Source: a virus
Direction: 5' to 3' (one strand)
DNA: 64,000 nt
Virus record (IMG/VR): IMGVR_UViG_3300037264_003623
Span: 1-64,000 of that record
The notes below the pieces were generated by a model, which ran no database searches, was not told the origin of the DNA, and saw only the letters and a list, made by a program, of their open reading frames with translations. Both the position numbers and the translations under genes were made by a program. This document shows, piece by piece, positions 52,501 through 60,958 of this stretch (position 1 is its first letter; every line of letters starts with the position of its first letter).

Positions 52501-52710
52501 ATGAGAGCGGAAACGAGTGAGGAAACGAGGTCCCCGACGAGGGTGATGTCGTCTGCCCTGGAGAAGGCGGGGTTCCGGGACCTGGGGGCGTACTTCCGGG
52601 CGAGGACGAGGGCGACGTTCGTCGTAATGTCAAGGGAGATGGGGGTTTCGGGCGAGACAGTGAGGCGGTGGTACAGGGATTGGTCGGGGGTGAACTCGGA
52701 CTGCTCGTAG
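52501..52710 (+). CDS. Small HTH protein
   Basis: MSREMGVSGETVRRWY; SD AGGAGG. Confidence 0.65.
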   Translation: MRAETSEETRSPTRVMSSALEKAGFRDLGAYFRARTRATFVVMSREMGVSGETVRRWYRDWSGVNSDCS

Positions 52711-52735
52711 GAAGACGATTCCCAACTCTCCGTCT

Positions 52736-52839
52736 TTGCATGCCTCTTGGAGAGGCGTGTTATTCCCTTGATCCGCCTCTGGGAGAGGCGTATTATCCCC
52801 AGGAAAGCACTTGACCAGCCTCTCGGAGAGGCGTATAAT
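52736..52839 (+). promoter_or_regulatory. Three tandem promoter/operator units
   Basis: GCCTCTnGGAGAGGC at 52742, 52775 and 52818, each between TTG... and TGTTAT/TATTAT/TATAAT. Confidence 0.8.
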
Positions 52840-52845
52840 AGAGAC

Positions 52846-53112
52846 ATGACCAGAACGAGGAAGCACACGAAGGAGATCCGGGTCTGGGTCACGCCGGAGC
52901 TCGACGCTCTGTTGGGGGAGAAGGCAGGGACGGAGGGCCGGAGCAAGTCCGATTTCGTGAGGAGGCTGTTGGAGGGGGTGCTGTCTCCAGGCCAGGCGGA
53001 TTCCCATCGAGCGGCCCCCGCTGATGCTTCCTCCCGCGCCGCGCCTTGGGGGACATCGGTGAAGTTGACGCGGACCAGCATGAGCTCGGACGAGTTCCTG
53101 AAGGACACGTAG
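52846..53112 (+). CDS. Ribbon-helix-helix (CopG-like) protein, leaderless
   Basis: EIRVWVTPELDALL...GRSKSDFVRRLL. Confidence 0.75.
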   Translation: MTRTRKHTKEIRVWVTPELDALLGEKAGTEGRSKSDFVRRLLEGVLSPGQADSHRAAPADASSRAAPWGTSVKLTRTSMSSDEFLKDT

Positions 53113-53215
53113 GATTCGACCTAGTGCGCCTCGCACTGGATCTGCACCCGCAACTCAAGATGTATTGGGATCACTCTCCACGTCGATGGAGGCGTCACCT
53201 GATCTGGAGGACGCG

Positions 53216-53632
53216 ATGAGGAAGGCTCGGTTCAAGGTGAAGAAGGCGGAGCCCTGGCTGTGCCTGCTGTGCGGGAAGCCCGTGTCCCAGCCCGTGCTCC
53301 TGAGGGGGAGGGGCGGGGCGAACGTGGTCTCCCACGAGTTCGGCCAGGCCCTGCACTTCTACATGCCGGGGAACTGGGGCTCGGGCATCTGGGACCCCTG
53401 CTCTACGAGCTCCACGCAGACGAGGCTGGAGGGCGCGATCTGCGACGTCTGCCTGATGCCTCTGCTCAAGAGGGTGCGCGTGGTGCGCTTCAGGGAGGAG
53501 TACCACGAGGTCTACAGCGAGCCGCACCCTGTGTGGGAGAAGGAGCAGAAGAGGCTGCACAGGGAGAGGCTCAAACACGAGAGGCGCGAGAAGGCCAGGA
53601 GGGGGAGATGCCGGGTGAAGAAGAGTTCGTGA
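53216..53632 (+). CDS. Zn-finger hypothetical protein
   Basis: CLLCG...GNWGS..WD...ICDVC; SD GGAGG. Confidence 0.7.
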   Translation: MRKARFKVKKAEPWLCLLCGKPVSQPVLLRGRGGANVVSHEFGQALHFYMPGNWGSGIWDPCSTSSTQTRLEGAICDVCLMPLLKRVRVVRFREEYHEVYSEPHPVWEKEQKRLHRERLKHERREKARRGRCRVKKSS

Positions 53633-53856
53633 AGTGCGCGTGCTGCAAGGAAGAGGTCGCGGGCGAGGACATCATCAAGTGCTCGCGCTGCAAGCGCGGT
53701 GTGTGTGACGAGTGCTACCTCGTGACGTGCGCGGGCAGCATGTGTGAGGACTGCGCCGCGGGCGAGGAAGAGGACGACGAGGATCCCGGCGATAGTGATG
53801 AGCGTGATGAGTGGGATGAAGAGGAAGAAGAGGAAGAGGACACTGACGAGGACTGA
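53608..53856 (+). CDS. Cys-rich protein with acidic tail
   Basis: Four CxxC motifs then a D/E tract. Confidence 0.65.
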   Translation: MPGEEEFVKCACCKEEVAGEDIIKCSRCKRGVCDECYLVTCAGSMCEDCAAGEEEDDEDPGDSDERDEWDEEEEEEEDTDED

Positions 53857-54121
53857 CAGTGCTGACTCCGAGTGACAGGAGGAGGCATCTTCTACACGGG
53901 CATGAGACCAGGGGGGTGGTCAAACTTTCCTCCGCATGCCGATCGATCGCCCCCTGCACCGCCTCCCATCGCCCCTCCCGCCTTGCACATACTGGGCGGA
54001 ATTATGCGGGGTCGGGGCGTGTCGGCCTGCCCACAATGTTCCCTCCTGTGGATCGGATCGGCTCCCCGGATGGCCTCCGGAAATTTCGGTGGATTTCCCC
54101 CCGGTTTTTCGGGGATTCTAC

Positions 54122-54149
54122 TTGACGAAAGGCCAGAAACACATATAAT
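54122..54149 (+). promoter_or_regulatory. Promoter TTGACG-N16-TATAAT
   Basis: Consensus match; near-identical to 60182. Confidence 0.8.
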
Positions 54150-54176
54150 ATGTGTGTCAAGATAAAGGAGTCAGAG

Positions 54177-54452
54177 ATGAGCGAGACGAACGTGGACTTG
54201 GGGACGGCGTACATCGCGGTGCGTAGGGAGGGGGCGACGGGGATCGAGTTCGGCGACTCCTCGACGTTGAGCCGCTACTTGGTGGACGCGGTTCGGTCCG
54301 CGAGAAGGCATGACAAGCTTCGTGATTCTGCGTCCAGCGACTACCCTGTGGTGCGGTTCGCCACGGTGCAGTTGGTCGAGGTGGCGGACGCGACGAAGGA
54401 TGCCTGCATGGAGGAGATCGAGGCGGCTATGGGCCTGCGGGGGGAGGGGTAG
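54177..54452 (+). CDS. Hypothetical protein
   Basis: SD AAGGAG. Confidence 0.7.
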   Translation: MSETNVDLGTAYIAVRREGATGIEFGDSSTLSRYLVDAVRSARRHDKLRDSASSDYPVVRFATVQLVEVADATKDACMEEIEAAMGLRGEG

Positions 54453-54521
54453 GGGGAGATCAATCCGAGGTGCCACTGGTTCAAGAACACGAGGGAGAGG
54501 GCGGCATAGCCGGTCTTTCTT

Positions 54522-54549
54522 TTGACGAAGGCGGGAAAACGCCTATAAC
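54522..54549 (+). promoter_or_regulatory. Promoter TTGACG-N16-TATAAC
   Basis: Consensus match. Confidence 0.75.
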
Positions 54550-54581
54550 ATGGGTGTTGTTTCAAGGCAAGGGAGGAAGCG

Positions 54582-54839
54582 ATGGTGATCAAGCTGAGGT
54601 CCGAGCGCAAGGGCGGGCACGTCCACGAGCGGGTGTTCGTCGGCCCCGACGAGGGGCACCTCGCCCTGGCGGGGACTCTGGTGCTCGACGTCGGGCAGTG
54701 GCAGGAGCTCGGGGCCGCGCTGCTCCTCGGGGCGGGCAGGATGCACGGGAGAGTGAAGGTGCTGCTGGAGGGGGATCGGCAGGTCGTCGGCGGGTTCGAC
54801 GAGATCCCGGAGGTCACCGAGGGGAGGGTCGAGGGGTGA
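54582..54839 (+). CDS. Hypothetical protein
   Basis: SD GGAGG. Confidence 0.7.
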   Translation: MVIKLRSERKGGHVHERVFVGPDEGHLALAGTLVLDVGQWQELGAALLLGAGRMHGRVKVLLEGDRQVVGGFDEIPEVTEGRVEG

Positions 54840-55318
54840 GCAAGGGCCGGAGGATCTTCAGGCGGGTCAACCCGTTCGTCGGTCGCTCGAAGTGCGCGCC
54901 GAAGTCGAAGGTCGACCACTACCTAGATCTCCCCGGCGGGCTCTTCGTCGTCTACAAGGACGGGACGAAGATCAGGTCCGGCTACTCGCTCTACGACCTC
55001 CTTGGGCCGGACAAGCCGGAGGGCGACATCATCGAGGTCGACGGGCAGGGCCGGGAGATCAAGGCGTGGCGGGGGCTGGGCGAGGATCGGGAGGGGGAGA
55101 GGATGACCGAGGAACGGAAGACCCTGATCAGGCGGGCGAGGCGCGAGTGCTCTAAGTGCTACCGCGGGCCGAAGATCGTGGGGCATGCGTTCACGGCCTT
55201 CATCTGCTCCCTGTGCGGGGAGGAGAAGTCTTACCCAAACACGGGCGTCCCGAAGGTCTGCGACGAGTGTTGCGAGAAGAAGGGGGTCTGCTGTAGATGC
55301 GGCGGGCCTATGGATTGA
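54836..55318 (+). CDS. Hypothetical protein with Cys-rich C-terminus
   Basis: GTGA coupling; several CxxC. Confidence 0.6.
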   Translation: MSKGRRIFRRVNPFVGRSKCAPKSKVDHYLDLPGGLFVVYKDGTKIRSGYSLYDLLGPDKPEGDIIEVDGQGREIKAWRGLGEDREGERMTEERKTLIRRARRECSKCYRGPKIVGHAFTAFICSLCGEEKSYPNTGVPKVCDECCEKKGVCCRCGGPMD

Positions 55319-55319
55319 C

Positions 55320-55577
55320 ATGAGCGCCAAGAAGAAGCGGATGTCGCTGCAAGAGGTCGTCAATGAACTTGAGAGGAGAACCGGCAGGACCCCGGTGTTC
55401 GTTGACGGTCAGTTCAGGGACCCCAAGACGTGCTCGAAGTCCAAGGACAGGAGGTGCCCGAAGTGCAAGTCGGTCCTGAGGCTAGGCTACGGCTTCGCCG
55501 GGGGCTACGGACTCGGGGGGTACAACTACTGTGAGAAGTGCCACAAGGTCTACGATTTCGTCGAGGACAAGGAGTAG
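55320..55577 (+). CDS. Zn-ribbon protein
   Basis: CPKC...GYG.AGG..G.Y.YCEKC. Confidence 0.65.
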   Translation: MSAKKKRMSLQEVVNELERRTGRTPVFVDGQFRDPKTCSKSKDRRCPKCKSVLRLGYGFAGGYGLGGYNYCEKCHKVYDFVEDKE

Positions 55578-55580
55578 GGG

Positions 55581-56093
55581 ATGGTCGAGTACACCCACAA
55601 GTCGGCGGTCCTGTCCGAGGACGGGAAGTACCGGTACGTGTTGCGTCGCCAGTGGTCGATGTGCGATGCGACCCAGTTCTTCACCCCCGTCTTCATATGC
55701 TTAAATCCTTCGACCGCCGACGAATCGGTGGACGACCCGACCGTCCGCAGGTGCGTGGGGTTCGCGAAGGCGTGGGGCTGGTGTGAGGTGACCATCCTGA
55801 ACCTCTTCGCCCTGCGCTGCACCGACCCGAGGGGCCTGGTCGGCCATCCCGATCCTCGTGGCCCCGAGAACGAGAAACACCTCCTGGAGTTCGGAAAGTT
55901 CAACCAGGCGATCGCGTGCTGGGGCGTCGGTGGGGCGCTGATGGGAGAGGGGAAGAGGGTAAGCCAGATGCTCGCGTTCCACGGGTGCGAGCTTCTGCAC
56001 CTCGGGCTGACGAAGGATGGGTATCCCAGGCACCCGCTGTATCTCCCATCCTCGGCGAGGCCGGTCTCGTGGGTGTGGCGAAGGAGGATTTGA
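55581..56093 (+). CDS. DUF1643-family protein
   Basis: YRY.L.R.W, LNPSTAD...DDPT.RRC, NLFA.R.TDP, PRHPLY. Confidence 0.85.
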   Translation: MVEYTHKSAVLSEDGKYRYVLRRQWSMCDATQFFTPVFICLNPSTADESVDDPTVRRCVGFAKAWGWCEVTILNLFALRCTDPRGLVGHPDPRGPENEKHLLEFGKFNQAIACWGVGGALMGEGKRVSQMLAFHGCELLHLGLTKDGYPRHPLYLPSSARPVSWVWRRRI

Positions 56094-56578
56094 TGGACAG
56101 CTACGGTGACACGATGAAGCACATCGGCAGGGTGAGGGAGATCCTGTCGATCGTGGCGGAGAGGCTGAAGAATAGGGGAGTGGGCCACGACCGGTCCAAG
56201 CTGGAGTCTCCGGAGAAGGATGTCCTCGACGAGTTCACCCCGAAGCTGGCTGGGTCCGAGTACGGGGGCGAGGAGTACAAGGGCTTCCTCAAGGCGATGA
56301 AGCCTGCCCTGGACCACCACTACGCGGAGAGCCCTCACCACCCGGAACATTACCCGAACGGAATCAACGACATGACCCTGATCGATCTGGTGGAGATGAT
56401 GGCGGACTGGGCCGCCGCGTCAGAAAGACACCAGAGCGGAAGTGTGGCACGGTCGGTCGAGGTGAACCGGAAACGGTTCGGGCTAACGGACCAGCTTGCC
56501 ACCATCTTCCTCAACACCTACAGGGAACTGGGACTGCTTCCGAAACCGAACGATGCTGGCGCACAAGTCAAGGAATAG
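56093..56578 (+). CDS. HD-like protein (DUF5662-like)
   Basis: HD.SKL, ALDHHY...PHHPEH, M.L.DL.EM.ADW. Confidence 0.8.
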   Translation: MDSYGDTMKHIGRVREILSIVAERLKNRGVGHDRSKLESPEKDVLDEFTPKLAGSEYGGEEYKGFLKAMKPALDHHYAESPHHPEHYPNGINDMTLIDLVEMMADWAAASERHQSGSVARSVEVNRKRFGLTDQLATIFLNTYRELGLLPKPNDAGAQVKE

Positions 56579-57268
56579 CGGCTCATGAATCTTATTCTTC
56601 ATGACATTCACGATCGAGCAGACGAACTGGAAGTTGCCGATCTCGTACCCGAGCCCGGAATCTATCCTATCAATGGACGGGCGGTACGGGGATGCCTTGT
56701 CCACGATCATCGTGATGCCGGACAGGGCGCAGATTCCTCCCTGGAGGAGGAACTGATGGTCGAGATCCTCCTTTGTCAGATTCCACTCGTGGCCCCGGCG
56801 TGCGGCGCTGAACTTCCAGGCGAAGATCAATCGTCCCGCAAAGTTCTCGGAGCCGGTCCAGTTCGCGGTTCGACCGCCGTGCATCTTCATGACGGCGTGG
56901 CGAACGCACCGGGGGCACAGATTCCGGTCGAACACCTTCTTTCCGTGCTGGGGCGTATTCCTGATCAGATGCTTGCCGCAATCTTCGCAGGTGTACTCGA
57001 TCAGAACGGTTCGGTCCCTGGAGGCGAAGCAGGAGCGGCACCACGACGAAAGACCGTCGCTGGAGCGAGAGTTCTTCGTAAACGACGCGGCGGGTCTCAT
57101 GACCCCGCAATGACTGCATGTCTTGGACTTTACCAAGCGCGGCGGTTGTCTCTGCGCCTCGACTTGGCACCGGTGCGAGCAGTAGACGCGGGTGTGGCAC
57201 CTCGGATGGAAGACTTCTTTGCATGTGGGACAGATGATCGACGTGAGGTGATGATAGATTCGGGCCAT
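56483..57268 (-). CDS. Free-standing HNH-like endonuclease with Zn ribbons
   Basis: YCSHRC, CSHCG...WCRSC, CALSG, SIDRIDS..GY..GN...VC..VN.MK; AAGGAGG SD on the minus strand. Confidence 0.85.
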   Translation of the reverse strand: MARIYHHLTSIICPTCKEVFHPRCHTRVYCSHRCQVEAQRQPPRLVKSKTCSHCGVMRPAASFTKNSRSSDGLSSWCRSCFASRDRTVLIEYTCEDCGKHLIRNTPQHGKKVFDRNLCPRCVRHAVMKMHGGRTANWTGSENFAGRLIFAWKFSAARRGHEWNLTKEDLDHQFLLQGGICALSGITMIVDKASPYRPSIDRIDSGLGYEIGNFQFVCSIVNVMKNKIHEPLFLDLCASIVRFRKQSQFPVGVEEDGGKLVR

Positions 57269-57328
57269 GCTTCCTCCTTGTTAAAAGTTCCTATCTCTAT
57301 TATACCTGATAGCAGCTACAAGGCAATA

Positions 57329-57463
57329 GCGTCAGAAAGGCACATCACGGGGGATGTGCTCAAGAGCATCGAGATCAACACGAAGCGGTTCTCGATCTCT
57401 CCCCAGCTCGCGGCGATTCTGGTGAACACGGTGAGGGAGATATGGCCGAAGAAGGAGGGGTAG
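57329..57463 (+). pseudogene. Displaced duplicate 3' end of the HD-like gene
   Basis: ASERHITGDVLKSIEINTKRF...QLAAILVNT.RE aligns with ASERHQSGSVARSVEVNRKRF...QLATIFLNT.RE. Confidence 0.8.
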
Positions 57464-57700
57464 ATGCCGATTCTCAGCATCGAGATCACCTGCTTGAAGA
57501 CGCGGTGCGAGGGGTGCTACCACTGCCACTATGGGAAGGAGCGCAGGCTTGTCCCGGACATCACCTGTTCTCTCTTCGGTAGGGCGCTCCAGGCCCCGGG
57601 CGGGAGCCCGCTGCGCCTGAAGCAGTGCGTAGCGGCGGAGGCAAGGGCGCACCTTACCGAGACGGCGCGTAAGGCCCTGGCGATGTGCGGGGTGGTGTGA
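57464..57700 (+). CDS. Cys-rich hypothetical protein
   Basis: SD GGAGG. Confidence 0.6.
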   Translation: MPILSIEITCLKTRCEGCYHCHYGKERRLVPDITCSLFGRALQAPGGSPLRLKQCVAAEARAHLTETARKALAMCGVV

Positions 57701-57882
57701 TGTGGACCGTGATCCGCGACGAGAAGGGGATGGCCGTTGCCCTCGGGTGGGACCCGAGGCCGGATCCCCCGAAACTGAGGATTCCCAAGCAGCGGCCCTA
57801 CCCTCAGGCGGAGCGGTGGTGCCGTGAACGCGGGATGCTCGACGGGGACGGGTGCCTCAAGGAGGAGGAGAAGTCGAAGTGA
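57700..57882 (+). CDS. Hypothetical protein
   Basis: TGATG coupling. Confidence 0.55.
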   Translation: MWTVIRDEKGMAVALGWDPRPDPPKLRIPKQRPYPQAERWCRERGMLDGDGCLKEEEKSK

Positions 57883-57923
57883 ACATCATCGACGGGAAGT
57901 GGCGGAAGTACAAGCGGGACTAG

Positions 57924-58607
57924 ATGGTCGCGCTGAAGGAGCCGGTCCAGGTCGTGAAGGTCGGCTACGAGGTTGGCCGGGACGAGATCATGGAGCAGCT
58001 CGCGAGGGAGGCGAGCCCGGTGCCCGCGGATGCTCCGACCGGTTTCGAGGGGGACTACTTCCCGTTCAAGGACTTCGTCTTCCATGTCGTGTCGGGGCAC
58101 AACCTTCTCTGGAAGTACTGGAACGATAGGGAGAACTTCAGGAAGCATCTCGACTCGCTCCTGGGGGACGCCCTTGGATCCGCCGACATCGGCGAGGTCC
58201 TCCAGTCCATCGACATGGCGGTGGTGAGGCGGATGGTCCGGGCGCGGGTCCGGCAGGAGCTTGTCGGGAATCGAAAGCGGATCCTCTGGACCGAGCCGAT
58301 CGAAGGTGATGCGGATGAATCGTGGAGGGGGCCCTGGGCGGTGCGCGGGTGGAGGATGGCGACCACCGGGACGTACACCCCCGGGTATGGGGGTGGGTAT
58401 GGGGGTGGGGAGGATGAGGAGGGACCCTCGATCAGGAACGTGAAGCACCATGTCCTTCTGCTGGTCGAATGGGTCGGGGAAGGCGGGCTTAGGGGGGGCA
58501 GTTACGTCGTCGAAAAGGGGAACACTTACCCCTGGACGAATGTGGCGACGGCGAACACCCTGATGGAGGAGGATCGGTCATTGATGTTGGTCGATCCGTT
58601 TGCATGA
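57924..58607 (+). CDS. Hypothetical protein
   Basis: 227 aa; a 14-codon in-frame GTG ORF (57879) precedes it across a single TAG. Confidence 0.7.
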   Translation: MVALKEPVQVVKVGYEVGRDEIMEQLAREASPVPADAPTGFEGDYFPFKDFVFHVVSGHNLLWKYWNDRENFRKHLDSLLGDALGSADIGEVLQSIDMAVVRRMVRARVRQELVGNRKRILWTEPIEGDADESWRGPWAVRGWRMATTGTYTPGYGGGYGGGEDEEGPSIRNVKHHVLLLVEWVGEGGLRGGSYVVEKGNTYPWTNVATANTLMEEDRSLMLVDPFA

Positions 58608-58984
58608 TGAGCGAGTGCGTGAGGTGCGGGTACTGCTGCACGGTAGCCTCGTGTGGTTTCGGGGAGTGGAACCCGACGCTGGGGCAGTGCAGGTTCCTGA
58701 CCGGCGACAACCTCTGTGGCAAGCACGAGGAGATCTTCGTCATGGAAGGATCCGACGTCAGCCCCGCGTTCGGGAAGGGGTGTCCCTCCTCGCTGTTCAA
58801 CGAGCGGCGGGACGCGAAGATTAGGGGGGACTGGCCCAAGACATCGCAGGGGAAGGACATCGACATGAGCTTGGAGTTCGTTGGCCGGTTTCTCCGGTTC
58901 CCGGACGTGAACGAGGATTTCGAGTTCGGAGGGTACGCCTACGTCTACAAGGGCAACCGGGTGTGGGAAAGGAAGAAGGGATGA
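58604..58984 (+). CDS. Cys-cluster protein (CxxCGxCC)
   Basis: CVRCGYCC...C...CRFL...C. Confidence 0.65.
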   Translation: MMSECVRCGYCCTVASCGFGEWNPTLGQCRFLTGDNLCGKHEEIFVMEGSDVSPAFGKGCPSSLFNERRDAKIRGDWPKTSQGKDIDMSLEFVGRFLRFPDVNEDFEFGGYAYVYKGNRVWERKKG

Positions 58985-59553
58985 GCCTACTTGTGGGGAT
59001 CGACGAGGTGGGGCTCGGGCCTCTCGCGGGTCCCGTTGTGGCGGCGGCGGTCCTGATCGAGGACGGCGCGGTGCCCGGGGTGCGCGACTCGAAGAAGGTG
59101 CCGGAAGGGCGGCGGTACGCCCTGGCGGAGGAGATCCGGCAGAAGGCCAAGTGGTTCCACATCGCCCGGCGGGGGCCGGAGGACGTGAACGCCCACAACA
59201 CGATCTGGTGCTGGCGGGCGGTCCTATACGAGGCGGCGAAGGCGGCGCACCTCGCCTGGCCGGAGGTGGAAATCCTGATCGACGGGCCGGGGAAGAAGGA
59301 GTGGCGGGGGACGCTGACCTACGCCCGGTTCGTCCCCGGCGGCGACGACAACGTGTACCAGGTTGCGGCGGCCTCCCTGTTGGCGAAGGCGGCGAGGGAC
59401 CTGGAGATGATCGAGATGGGGGAGAAGTTCCCGAAGTACACCTTCGGCCACCACAAGGGATATGGAGTTCCGGCCCATCTGGCCGAGATCCGGCGGTGGG
59501 GACTGTGCGAGATCCACCGGCGCGTGCCCGCGATGCACGCGATCGAACGGTGA
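58981..59553 (+). CDS. rnhB: Ribonuclease HII
   Basis: GIDEVG.GPLAGPV, DSKK, IDG, GD, AAS.LAK..RD, HKGYG, IHR. Confidence 0.93.
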   Translation: MSLLVGIDEVGLGPLAGPVVAAAVLIEDGAVPGVRDSKKVPEGRRYALAEEIRQKAKWFHIARRGPEDVNAHNTIWCWRAVLYEAAKAAHLAWPEVEILIDGPGKKEWRGTLTYARFVPGGDDNVYQVAAASLLAKAARDLEMIEMGEKFPKYTFGHHKGYGVPAHLAEIRRWGLCEIHRRVPAMHAIER

Positions 59554-59557
59554 GGAC

Positions 59558-59629
59558 GCCAGCGTGGCGCAACGGTAGCGCGGCGGTTTTGTAAATCGCA
59601 GGTTGGGAGTTCGAGTCTCCCCGCTGGCT
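59558..59629 (+). tRNA. tRNA-Thr(TGT)
   Basis: GCCAGCG/CGCTGGC, GCGGT-TTTGTAA-ATCGC, TTCGAGT. Confidence 0.9.
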
Positions 59630-59745
59630 CTCGGTTTTTTCAGGATTCCTTGCCCAATCCCCGGGTTCTCCGTCATTCCTTGTCACGGATTCTCGTACAT
59701 AGGGATGTGAGGGGCGAAGTGAAACGCCCCGAAAGGAGGACGGAG

Positions 59746-59955
59746 ATGGGCAGGTTCTACGACTTTTTCGATGAGGTGGACGGGATCGGCAACCTAGTCA
59801 ACGCCGAGGCGATCCTGGGGGAGAGGTACTTCCAGGAGGGGTACAGGGGCAAGGCGCTCCGCCGGAAGGTCCGGTGGGCGATGATCATGATCCGGCACAT
59901 GGATCGGCTCGACATGGCCGACGTTGTCCCCCTCTGGGAGATGGAGGTGGGGTAG
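59746..59955 (+). CDS. Hypothetical protein
   Basis: SD AGGAGG. Confidence 0.65.
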   Translation: MGRFYDFFDEVDGIGNLVNAEAILGERYFQEGYRGKALRRKVRWAMIMIRHMDRLDMADVVPLWEMEVG

Positions 59956-59985
59956 AATGGGAGGTGGACCTTCGGGGGCCGACCG

Positions 59986-60156
59986 ATGGAAGACAGAGAC
60001 AAGCCCTGGTACCACTGGCAGATCCGGTGCCAGGAGGATGGGGACGACGGGTGGACGTGCATCGCTAACATCAACGGGGGCAAGGCGGGCCCCTGCATGT
60101 TCAGGAGCAGGGGTGAGGCGGAGAGGAAGTGCCCCGTCTACAAGCCGGAGGGATGA
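59986..60156 (+). CDS. Small hypothetical protein (56 aa)
   Basis: MEDRDKPWYHW...CPVYKPEG, GC3-rich. Confidence 0.5.
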   Translation: MEDRDKPWYHWQIRCQEDGDDGWTCIANINGGKAGPCMFRSRGEAERKCPVYKPEG

Positions 60157-60181
60157 CCTCCGATTTTTTTTGTTTTCCCCC

Positions 60182-60209
60182 TTGACGAAAGGGACGAAAC
60201 GCATATAAT
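60182..60209 (+). promoter_or_regulatory. Promoter TTGACG-N16-TATAAT
   Basis: Consensus match with upstream T tract. Confidence 0.8.
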
Positions 60210-60231
60210 ATGAGTGTCAAGAGCGAAGGAG

Positions 60232-60468
60232 ATGATGATGGCCGAGACGACGACCCTGACGGCGGAACAGCAGAAGGAGTTCGTGAGGCTGGTGGGGGCG
60301 CTCTCCCCGGAGAACCTGTACTGCGACGGCGAGATCTCGCACGCCCAGGGCGTCAAGAAGTACAAGGCCCTGCGGAAGCAGTGGTGGGCCCTGGAGATCA
60401 GGGTCGGCCGCAAGGTGACCGAGGACGAGGTGTGGGCGGCCCACATGGCCGAGAATCGAAAGGAGTAG
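60232..60468 (+). CDS. Hypothetical phage protein
   Basis: LSPENL.CDGE motif; SD AAGGAG. Confidence 0.75.
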   Translation: MMMAETTTLTAEQQKEFVRLVGALSPENLYCDGEISHAQGVKKYKALRKQWWALEIRVGRKVTEDEVWAAHMAENRKE

Positions 60469-60958
60469 AGGCCCCCTGGAAGAGGGGAGGGAGGGGCGCT
60501 GGCCGATCCGCAGGTAGCCGGTGCCCTATGCTCCGGGGGATGCGGGCCCCTGGCTTGTCCTTCCACGCAGGCCTCCGTCGCCCCTACGGTGGCGGAGGAC
60601 CTGCGGGTGGGCTCGGTTCTCCTCTCTTTCAGCGGGCTTCTGGGGAAGCGGACAGAAAATGATCTCAGGGGGCCAGCCAGCGCCGGTTCCCGCCACGGTA
60701 CTTGGAGTCGTGGGATCGGGGCCGATAAGCGTGGGCCGTGGAGGCCAGCGGCAGGAGGGGGGCCAAGCCTCTGAATGTCGTCGCGGGTTCGAGGCCCGTC
60801 CCTGGGGCCAGATGCGTGGGGGTCATGATGAAGCGGTTCGAGAACAAGGTCGATACCGACGCGGACTGCGTCCGGGCCGGGCCTCCGATTCCCCCTCCGG
60901 GGTGCGAACTCTCGTTCGTGAGGAGGATGGTGGCCTTGTGGCGGGAGAGGAGCAAGCG

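Noticed and set aside
56585-57328. 292-aa + strand ORF 56585..57463 as a real gene
   Set aside because: Mostly antisense to the endonuclease; only the last 45 codons are meaningful, as the displaced HD-gene tail.
14632-57926. TAG recoding or amber read-through (internal TAG in HNH-1, TAG at 57921, several TAGATG junctions)
   Set aside because: Long conserved genes have no internal TAG, many genes end cleanly at TAG with an SD-led next gene, and no CUA-anticodon tRNA is in the window. Point mutations are the simpler explanation.
60750-60810. Functional tRNA-Gln(CTG)
   Set aside because: Has GCCAAGC, CTCTGAA and a T arm, but no anticodon stem or adjacent acceptor 5' strand.
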